Below, in pieces: positions 54,263 to 64,000 of a stretch of 64,000 nt of DNA. Source of the stretch: Selaginella moellendorffii (Eukaryota; Plantae; Lycopodiophyta). Location: positions 4,924,360-4,988,359 of the forward strand of contig NW_003314261.1 in the NCBI RefSeq assembly GCF_000143415.4, in the 5' to 3' direction. The position numbers and the translations under genes were made by a program. The notes under the pieces were generated by a model. The model saw only the letters and a program-made list of their open reading frames with translations. It had not been told where the DNA came from and did no database searches. The stretch's first letter is position 1, and every line of letters begins with the position of its first letter.

Positions 54263-56442
54263 AACAAGACGAGCGCAAGCTACAAAACAGGAAAGCAAAA
54301 GTAAAGTTTCCACTAGAAACTAAAAGGTTTTTAGTGCCTTAGAAACCATAGTGAAATTCCTGTGAATTTAGAGTGGTTTCTAGATCATTTTTAATCTTAC
54401 AAATTCAATCAGTCATTAATCTGTTGATTCATGAGTGGCTTGAGCACTCCATGAGATCGTGGACACTTTTTATACACTTTTTGTTGCACTTTGATACTAG
54501 CAAATATTGGTATATATCAGTGTCTATAGTTAATGAATTATCCCTATTCAGAAAACAAGAGGATATATCTCATTGATGAGATCCTTGATCCACTGGAAAG
54601 AGCAAAAACCAATAGAACAACGTATGAAATACCTAGAACACTTTGTCTTTGTGATGAGTTGAATCCTCAAACAATGATTGAAGGCTATCATTCATCCATG
54701 CTCATAGAGTTTGCAAGTTATGTAGTTGAACTTTATGCTGGGATGGGTGATATTTATGGAGAAAAACTTTAACTGTAAAGAAATCCATCCTTACGAGCTT
54801 GTTTCAGTGGCAGATTGTAGATTTACATGTAATTTGTTTGAAATTGAGTATTCATAATAGTCTTCAAAAGAAACAAAGAAAATATCAAATACAATCCAAA
54901 TGAGAAAAAATAAAAAACCCAATATAAGGTTGATATTGGCCTTGTTTAAGAAACTCGGATATATTCTTCATCTCTTCATGCATGTTCAAAAGAATATCCT
55001 ACAAAGGCAATCACTGTCGTGAAATCTAAGCAATGTTGGAGAGCATTAAAAAAAAAGACTATCAAGGATAAAGATAATACAAGTTAAAGCAAAAAAATCA
55101 TATCTAGAAGCCATCTTAAGTAGAGGTTTCTTGGATCATGAAGTAGTATATTTCCAACTCCTGATTCTTTATCGCCATAGTGAGCCAACCCTAAGCTGGA
55201 GCAAATAGTGAGAAGTTCCTAGCTCTTCTCAAGATCAAGGAACACTTTAAGCTTTTGAAACTTTTCACCATCCCAAAATTCATTGATGACTTGATCTAAA
55301 TCTTTGTTTTTCCACCTTTCTCTAGCTCTCTAGATTGCCAAATTCATGACACCAAGTTGAGTTGCTTGTCAATAACTTGAGAACTTTTCACAAAAGTAGA
55401 TATTGAAGAGCCATGCATGTTATCTAGATTTGTACAGGACAGTAGACAATGATCAGCTTGCATAATGATTAGTTCACGTTGAGCAGCAAAAAACCACCAT
55501 CGTTCCACTTCTAGCACTCCTAACTCTAGAGCTTTCTTGTTAAGATCACTCCACGAATGTGGCACTTGTTGTTTTCTGTCCCAAGCATGGATTGCATTTG
55601 AGCAGGACAGCTTCTCTGAATGACAAGCTCCAAAGAGAATCTTCATCAGCTTGTCCTGAAAACCAGCAGACACACACTCCTCGTCACAAGCTTCTGCTAT
55701 TCTAAAGCACCAATCCTTTATCTTGCATTGTCCTCACAAGCATTGTTCACCTTTTCTTCTGCTGTTGCTAGTAGAATTTCTTCTTCCACATGTTCTTCAT
55801 GCTCTACTTGAAGGTCGTACATTTCATCTTCCAGATCAAAATCTTGAGAATTTCCAGTGATCCTGCTACCTTGGATATCCTAAAGACTATGCCGAAACAA
55901 TGTCAACGGACTAATGAGCTTTCCCTTACACTTTCTTTAACGTCGCTGAAAAAAATTTCTGATGCAAAGTTTGCTCATTGTTGGCCATGCTCATGTTCTT
56001 GAACATGGTGACATGCTCGTCAGGATCACCAAATGTCACCGCAGACACCAGACTATTACGAGCCCCCGAACAGCGATTGCCGTGGCAGTTTCTCGGATGG
56101 TTTTGATCCGTCCTACCAGTCGCCACCCCGGCCGCTCGGGCGTCCCAGTCTCGGGCAGCAATCCGGCCTCGGACAACGCCCGTGGGGCCGCCTGGAAGCT
56201 GCCACTCGTCGGGAGCTGGCCAAGTTCTCGATTGGTCAATCCATCTATATGTTTTCTTCGTTTGTTTCTAGATCTTCTCGAAGAGCTTTATACCGTCTTT
56301 CCGAGAAACAGAGTCCCATGCTACGTGCCAGCGATTTCTTGTCTTCTTCGCGCTGGATTGTTAGCTCTGTGGAATCTTGGCCGAAGAGGCTTGATCTGGA
56401 TGATCCCATCTTACGTGTTTCTTGTGCACTCGATCGAGTGCT

Positions 56443-57827
56443 ATGGTGCAGCTCGAATCCGTGCAGCTACTTTGCAGCCGATCCATCCAACCAGCCGCCG
56501 CTGCCAGCGACATTGATCCTCCTACGCGCTACGAGCTCACGCCCTTCGATGGCGTGATGAGAATCGCTCTCTACCAGAAGAGGATCCTCTTCTTCGAGCG
56601 CGGCGATTCTAGGATGGATTTCGCGGCGGTGGTGGCAGCGCTCGAGGAGAGCTTGCGATGGGTGCTGGTGAGTTTCCGGCCGCTGTGTGGGCGTATGGTG
56701 GTCGATCAAGATCTTAGTAGCGGCCTCTGGATCGATTGCTCGGGCGAGACGAGCGTCCAGTTTGCAGAGGCACAGACGGCTGCGCGGCTGGAGGATCTGG
56801 GCGATTTCGAGCCCAGCGAGTTTTGCGACTCGCTGGTTGAGATTGGATGCTCTCCAAAGTACCCGTGGGATCCAAAGCTGCCATTGCTCTTTGTCCAGGT
56901 AAATGTCTATCATTTCCTTTGTGACCATCTTGATCTTGCTCACCAAGTTCCACGTCTATATAGGTGACGAGATTTGGCTGTGGAGGCATAAGCCTCGGAA
57001 TCGCGTTTAGCCACCAAACCATGGACGGCGTGAGCGCCTGGAACTTCATGAAGTCGTGGGCCGAGCGCGCCAGGAGCAGAGGAACCTCACCGCTCCCGCG
57101 AGTTTCTTGCTATGCATACAAGCCTCCCGAGCTCTTGGAGCAGCAACTAGAAGAAGCGGCGCGAATGGTCGGCCTCGCACTTGGCATTGCCACCAAGAAC
57201 ACCATCAAGCCAAAGCTCGGTGTCAAGAAATTCAAAGCCACACGAGAAGTCATCCAAGCCTTGAAAACCTCTCTCTCGAGCTTCAGCTCCTTCGAGCTCG
57301 TGTGCGCGGACTACTGGCGGAGGACGGTGGCGGCGGCGGTGCAGGCGGGATTTCTCGACAACGCCGACGATTGCTACTTCGCGATCCTGGTCAACTGCCG
57401 GGGAAGGATCGCATCCATGCCGGACTCCTACTTTGGAAACGCGATCACCGGCACCCGAGTCCGCGCCAAAATTTGCGAGCTCCTTGGTGGTGGGGGGATT
57501 TGCAACGCTGCTCAGGTGATCCACGAAGGGATTGCCGGACTGCGCGACGTCGAGGGATCCGTGCTGGTGATCAACAAGTTTGTGGAAGAGCTGGCGAGGA
57601 ATGGTGCCGAGATTCCAGCGCACAAGCCGGGGCAGTCGGTGCTGGTGGTGAGCTCACCGCGCCACCCCATTTTCGAGTGTGACTTTGGATTTGGGAGGCC
57701 GGTCGGGGTGACTTTCGGGACGAACGACCTGGACGATTCCAAGCTCTACTTGTTCCCGGCCGCGGATGGGAATGGCATGGACGTGACAGTTTGTATGAGA
57801 GTCGAGGCGCTCGACAAGTTCGTGTGA
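56443..57827 (+). CDS. BAHD acyltransferase, copy 1 (about 439 aa, 2 exons)
   Basis: Exons 56443-56898 and 56964-57827, with the intron at FVQ|VTRF. HxxxD motif HQTMDG, YFGNA and DFGFG. Confidence 0.95.
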
Positions 57828-58770
57828 GCCTTAGCTCTGCACATTCTTCTTGTGCTCGCAATGCGCGAGCTCTTTTCTCAGTTGTCCATCGATTCTTCGT
57901 TTGGGTTGGAGCTTGGATTTGTTTCGCCAATAATTCTTCGTGATCTCTTTCTTTCCATTGCGAAGACTTCGAAAATTTGAACCTTCGCGCCTTGAGGGGT
58001 CGGGTGCCCGAGGTCACCTGACCCGCCAGTCTCACCGGATTGGACATCCAGCATCCAAGGTCGGGCTGCGATCCAGCGTATTGGATATGTACACCTCCAT
58101 TGGCACTATTTTAGAGGTAACAAGGATAACAGGCACTCAAACGATTCCCATCTGCTTTAGTTATCTTGGCGCGCTCAGAAGATCTACTAAGAGGAGCATA
58201 AAGCAGAAAAAGTTTTCTCCAGTAACGAGGACGTATCGTCAGTCAAGTTTCGACATTGCTCAGCAATGAGTCAGCATTGATGTAAACTTTGTTACCAACC
58301 GAAAAAAAAAAGAAAATTCTTGGCAAACGCACCTTGATATTTGCGTATTCATGTTGCTCGGCAAAGAGATCCCTGTTCTAAGCAGGCGGCCATCGGTAAA
58401 GTACGCTCTGTTACGCCGGCAAGCATGATGAACTCCCGATTCCGGATGGGAGGCTTTCCAGGCACAACTCTCACACGTCCGCCGTTGGCAGCATCAGTTT
58501 TCCAAGCCTCACACAATATATCACGTATCCAGTCACCATTCCCTCTGTGTTCTACAGAAAATGAGTAGACCATTGTATTGAAAGCCAAAGTCACTGACCC
58601 GATCGATCATATAGGAACGATAATTTCTTTCTCGGACACTCGGTTTACTTGGACTATCAGTGTGGCCTCCAAGACCTCTGGTGGCCATCTAAAGAACAGA
58701 GAAATAAAGAAGAAGAAAGAAGAATTGAGAGTTGCAAACAATCAACTAGATAACTTACTGGATCACATTT

Positions 58771-59530
58771 TTAATCTGGCCGGGTAGTGAGAGAGACCCT
58801 GGATTCTCCGAGAATCTTCCAGGTGGAATATGCCCATTCCAAGGCTCCTGAAAGGGATTCCCTGAAAGATTCCCGAACTGGGCAAATGCAGACAGGAGCG
58901 TGTTCCAGGAGATCAAACTCGTTGCCGGCGCGATCTGGAAGAAGCGTTTGGCATTCAGATGGGATCGTGCTTGCATCAAAGACCTCCTTGGTACCAATTC
59001 TGCGAGTACGCGCAGAGGAGAATCGACCAGGAGTAGCAGTTCTTGGATCGAATGCCATGAAAGACCTGGCGCCCGATACCCACACTCCCGCATGTCCCGC
59101 CAACGCAATGCACGAATGGATCGCCTCCGCCGCCGCGAGATCGCGGCACGATCTCACAAGATCCAAGAACCATCGCTCGATTGCATTGCCAGGATCTCGC
59201 GGTTGACACGAAGACTTAAGTTCCATCACAGTACCCAGACAACAAAACAGGAAAGTAAAAGTAAAGCTCCGAGAAGAGATAAAGCTGGAGGAAGTCGGAC
59301 ATATCTGGCTTCCCGGCTTCTCCAAGTAGTTGACGTCGGTGTAGAGCGCCTTCTCGTCAAGCATCCGCTTCACCCACAGGCCGAGCGGCCGCCCCTCCTC
59401 CTCCATCGCCGCCACAAACAGCTCGTAGGCCTCCTTGTCGCAAGCAAATTCATCGTGAGTTCAGGGACCACAGTGCCGAAACTCGGCCGTTTGCCGCTGG
59501 TAGGCCTCGTCTTCCACCTGACCCTCCTTC
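58771..59530 (-). pseudogene. Chimeric fragment: unassigned domain piece joined to a PLS-PPR piece
   Basis: 59308-59530 is nearly identical (inverted) to ~16672-16888. 58995-59208 matches 54055-54260, followed by LISWNTLLSAFAQFGNL. Confidence 0.8.
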
Positions 59531-59816
59531 GTCTTGTCCCGATTTTTAGGGTTCCTCACATCGCGGATTGCTGTTTAGGGAGGTGGGAATCTTTGACCGT
59601 TCTGTGGATAGATTTCTTGGTCCTGGGCCCCGTTGCATGGATAGAGTGGGGAGCTTCGATTCCAAGCAAGGCGGTAAGGAAAATGGGGAGAATTGCGCTG
59701 GATTGGATGCCCAGGAGGCTTTGTCCAGCGGGCTCGAGCTAGTGGCGAGCTGATGGTTTCTCGCTCCCCCACTGCTGCTGGAGGCGTAGCCACCCAAGAG
59801 TGTGGAGGATCCGGCC

Positions 59817-61797
59817 ATGGATTCCAGCAAACTCAAAGCCATGAACTTCCAGCTCGCGCTCTACATCGCCATGGCTCACGCGGGATTGCTGCTGCTCATC
59901 CTCACTCTCTACGGCCTGGGACTGCTGCTCAAGGATTTCTGGAAGCCGATCCAGTGGGCCGTGCTGTGCTCCATTACGCTGCGAGAGATCCAGGGAAGTC
60001 TAGTGCGCTTCTGGGAGGCTCCACTCCGCCAGGGACTCATCCAAACGCTGCTCGCCATCCCGCTCGCGGTTTGCAAGGGTCTAGCTGGAACAATCGAGGA
60101 TTTGCGAGCGACCATCCTCTGGATCCTGGCGAGGCACGAGGCCTTCCCTCTCAAGGTTGGATTCTCCAAGCTCCTTCAGTGGTTGCTAGCTTTCGCGGTG
60201 GTAACTCTCGGCTATGACAAGCTCGGCGTCGCGTCGCTGGCCACGGCCATCGCCACTGGCCTGGCTGCCTACGCTGGAGCTTCCAGGCTTGGAGCTTTCG
60301 CGCCGCCACCATCGCCACCATCCTCGCCACCTTCTTCGGTGGCCATGGACGTGAAGAGATCATCCAGGCAGCAAAGAACTGTGACGAGGAAGTGGCTTGG
60401 CTGGGCGTCCTGGCCGATCATCCGGGCCTCGAGAGCTCTTAACAGGCACGCCACGGCATTCCTGGCGGCCAGGCTTCCAACCATCGTGGCAATCGGGCTT
60501 ATCATGCTCATGATCCTCGTCTCCGTGGCCGGGCTGGTCCTCTTCTCCTACAAGGCCGGCCTCGAGGCCCGGGACGCGGCGGTGGCGCTCAAGATCCACG
60601 TACAGCGCCACAACTACACGGAGATGGTCGGCCTCCGCCAGTGGCTCGAGCACAGCAACGTGACGGTGGCGATTGAGCAGCACTCCTCCGCAGCCTACGA
60701 GGCGGTGTCCCAGCACATCGATGCCTTCGGCGTCCAGTACAACCTCACCGAGTTCACGGACGCCGGGAAGGAGTTCCTCGTCAACTTTGCTCGCGGACGC
60801 CGCCAGGCGAGCGGCGCCGCTACTATCGCCACCGCCAACGTTACCACCACCACCACCTCCTCGCATCCAGTGCTCATCCGGCTCCACCGTGCCAGGAGCT
60901 TGCTCCGGGACTACGATCTCAAGGCACTCTACTCGGAGCTGGAGGCCGTGTTCTCGCTGCTGCTCGACCACCTCCAGCTCAAGCCCGAGGACGTGAGAGA
61001 TCGGATGAAGCAAGTGAGCGAGACTGGGGCGGAGATCGGCAAGAGAGTCCTCCTCGGCGGCTCTCACGTCGTCTATGGTGGAACCTCCATCGCCATGGCC
61101 GTGGGGAGCTCCATCGCTTCCGGTGCCGCGGGGATCTTCCACTTTCTCACGCAGGCCGCGGTGTTCTTCTCGCTGCTCTACTATCTCATCACGTCCCAGT
61201 CGGGCGGGGTGGTGGAACAGGTGCTCGGGATGATTCCACTCTCGGAGACTGCGCGGATACGATCGGCCACCGTGCTCAACCGCGCTGTGAGCAGCGTTCT
61301 CCTGGCCACCGTCAAGTCGGCCTTCTACCAGGCCGCATTTACGTGGTTGCTCTTCCGGGCTTTCGGCATCCATTTTCTCTACGTGTCGACGCTCCTGGCG
61401 ATCGTCACCGCGGTGCTGCCGGTGTTTCCGCTGGGCGTTGCTTCCATCCCGGCGGCTGCGCAGCTCGTCGTACAGGGTGACTACCTTGCCGCGGTGGTGC
61501 TCGGAGTTGTTCATTGTCTGGTGCTTGACTTTGGCAACCGGGCGATACAGGATGAGATCCCGGGACACAATGCTTACTTGACGGGGCTCAGCATTGCTGG
61601 CGGGATGGCACTCTTCTCTCCAGCGCTCGAGGTAATGGTTTGCTTTACTCTTTCTCCCTTTGTTTTTTCTCATAGTTTTTGTCTTGGTTTTGGCCTTGCA
61701 GGGGGCGATCATGGGGCCGCTCTTGATGACTGTTCTCACTGCTCTCAAGAATCTGTACTGCGAGTTTATCCTCCACGCGGAAAGAGTCGCTTTGTAA
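59817..61797 (+). CDS. TMEM245-like / AI-2E-family multi-pass membrane protein (2 exons)
   Basis: LALYIAMAHAG, PIQWAVLCS, YLTGLSIAGG and LE|GAIMGP. Exons 59817-61631 and 61702-61797. The true N-terminus may lie further upstream. Confidence 0.88.
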
Positions 61798-61985
61798 ATC
61801 TCGGACGCTTGCTCTTCAGCTGAATTAGAACCCATTTCTACGTGCCGCGAAGGAGATAAGTTTTCAATTTTTCAAGTCTTCGCAATGGAGAGAGATCTCC
61901 TCAAGATCATGAAGAAAAAACACTTTTTTGGTGATGAAACACTAGTTCAAACGAACAATACCGAGCAAAAGACGAATTTCGAGAC

Positions 61986-62140
61986 TCACGCGAACTTGTC
62001 GAGTGCCTCGACTCTCATACAAACTGTCACGTCCACGCCATTTTCATCCGCGGGCGGGAACAAGTAGAGCATGAATTCGTTCAGGTCATTCGTCCCGAAA
62101 GTCACCCCGACCGGCCCAAAGTCACACTCGAACATGGGGT
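61986..62140 (-). pseudogene. Third, truncated BAHD C-terminal fragment
   Basis: [39 protein letters not shown]. The DFGFG motif is shortened by a deletion. Confidence 0.9.
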
Positions 62141-62304
62141 CCCGGGCTTGCGCGCCATTATTCTTCTTTTGGTGAACTCCACGATAAGTTTCTTCGAAGA
62201 AAACAATGCCGGAAACGCTGCGGCTGCTTTGATGGCACGGTTGGCTCCTCAGTGCAAGGTCTGCTAGGGACTTGCTTTGTCCCAAGGATTGTCACTCGTG
62301 CATG

Positions 62305-62525
62305 CGCAGGCTCTAAGGGACGGGAAATGGAAAGAAATGGAAGCGAAGTTCTTCACTCCTGGTGACATCATAGCCATAAAGCTTGGAGACATCATCCCTG
62401 CACATCCTCGCCTGCTCGAAGGAGACTCCTTGAAGATTGATCAGGTTTTGGTCGCTTACGTGAAAGTTGCGATTATCCCCTGACGATTTGTTTCACTGTG
62501 ATTAGTCTGCTTTAACTGGCGAGTC
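62305..62525 (+). pseudogene. Plasma-membrane H+-ATPase (P3A) exon fragment
   Basis: [35 protein letters not shown], then an intron, then SALTGES. Confidence 0.9.
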
Positions 62526-62682
62526 AAATTTTCAAAGTCTTCGCAAGGGAAACAAAGAGATCATGAAGAATTATTGGCGAAACAAATCCAACCTCCAGCC
62601 CAAACGAAGAATTGATCGACAACTGAGAAAAAACAATCAAGAGCTCGCGCATTGCGAGCACAAGAAGATGAAGAGCTGAGAC

Positions 62683-64000
62683 TCACACGAACTTGTCGAG
62701 CGCCTCGACTCTCATACAAACTGTCACGTCCATGCCATTCCCATCCGCGGCCGGGAACAAGTAGAGCTTGGAATCGTTCAGGTCGTTCGTCCCGAAAGTC
62801 ACCCCGACCGGCCTCCCAAATCCAAAGTCACACTCGAAAATGGGGTGGCGCGGCGAGCTCACCACCAGCACCGACTGCCCCGGCTTGTGCGGTGGAATCT
62901 CGGCACCATTCCTCGCCAGCTCTTCCACAAACTTGTTGATCACCAGCACGGATCCCTCGACGTCGCGCAGTCCGGCAATCCCTTCGTGGATCGCCCGAGC
63001 AGCGTTGCAAATCCCCCCACCACCAAGGAGCTCGCAAACATTGGCGCGGACTCGGGTGCCGGTGATCGCGTTTCCAAAGTAGGAGTCCGGCATGGATGCG
63101 ATCCTTCCCCGGCAGTTGACCAGGATCACGAAGTAGCATTCGTCGGCGTTGAGAATCCCCGCCTCCACCGCCGACGCCACCATCCTCCGCCAGTAGTCCG
63201 CGCACACGAGCTCGAAGGTGCTGAAGCTCGGGAGAGAGGTCTTCAAGGCTCGGATGGCTTCTCGTGTGGCTTTGAATTTCTTGACGCCGAGCTTTGGCTT
63301 GATGGTGTTCTTGGTGGCCATGCCGAGTGCGAAGCCGCCCATTCGCGCCGCTTCTTCTAGTTGCCGCTCCGAGAGCATGGGAGACTTGTATGCATAGCAA
63401 GAAACTCGCGGGAGCGGTGAGGTTCCTCCGCTCCTCGCGCGCTCGGCCCACGACTTCATGAAGTTCCAGGCGCTCACGCCGTCCATGGTTTGGTGGCTAA
63501 ACGCGATTCCAAGGCTTATGCCTCCACAGCCAAATCTCGTCACCTATATAGACGTGGAACTCAAGATCTCCACGAAGAAAGAAGGAAGAAGATGATAGAA
63601 CATTTACCTGGACGAAGAGCAATGGCAGCTTTGGATCCCACGGGTACTTTGGAGAGCATCCAATCTCCACCAGCGAGTCGCAAAACTCGCTGGGCTCGAA
63701 GCCGCCCAGATCCTCCAGCCGCGCAGCCGTCTGTGCCTCTGCAAACCGGACGCTCGTCTCGCCCGAGCAATCGATCCAGAGGCCGCTACTAAGATCTTGA
63801 TCGACCACCATGCGGCCACACAGCGGCCGGAAACTCACCAGCACCCATCGCAAGCTCTCCTCGAGCGCCGTCACCAGCGCCGCGAAATCCATCCTAGAAT
63901 CGCCGCGCTCGAAGAAGAGTATCCTCTTCTGGTAGAGAGCGATTCTCATCATGCCATCGAAGGGCGTGAGCTCGTAGCGCGTAGGAGGATCAATGTCGCT
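62683..64000 (-). CDS. BAHD acyltransferase, copy 2 (5' end beyond the window)
   Basis: Exon 2 is 62683-63543, intron 63544-63607, and exon 1 runs off the window. HQTMDG and DFGFG are present; near-identical to copy 1. Confidence 0.93.

Noticed and set aside
54300-56400. Possible coiled-coil or other gene remnants
   Set aside because: The ORFs are fragmentary with no recognisable family motif.
57056-58047. Long overlapping alternative-frame ORFs, also present at 62828-63451
   Set aside because: They arise from the codon bias of the BAHD genes, and recur only because the gene is duplicated.
60360-61835. 491-aa minus-strand ORF
   Set aside because: It is the antisense shadow of the GC3-rich TMEM245-like CDS and has no domain signal.

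Overview
This is eukaryotic plant nuclear DNA, rich in transposons, with three assembly gaps. The very short (about 50-70 nt) introns, GC-rich exons and gene content suggest a compact lycophyte genome such as Selaginella; that is an inference. Apparently intact genes: a GH16 EG16-type endoglucanase, a full-size ABCB transporter, a SABATH methyltransferase, two inverted near-identical BAHD acyltransferases and a TMEM245/AI-2E-like membrane protein. Pseudogenes and fragments: RPA70, GH1 beta-glucosidase, Agenet, LPE1-like PPR, PLS-PPR, CDPK, H+-ATPase, MAT1-like and CASP-like. Transposons: a solo LTR inside a Copia inside a LINE, a near-intact hAT with perfect TIRs and TSD inside a Gypsy LTR, a MULE, decayed Gypsy/Copia/LINE pieces and a decayed Merlin (IS1595/ISXO2-like) element. 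The most unusual signal is a set of sequence modules that recur in shuffled order and orientation at about 15-20, 25-26, 28-30, 49-54 and 59 kb. They include an unassigned protein domain and fragments resembling Crinkler-type P-loop NTPase plus restriction-endonuclease-fold effector proteins. All family calls come from motif recognition by eye; no database search was run.
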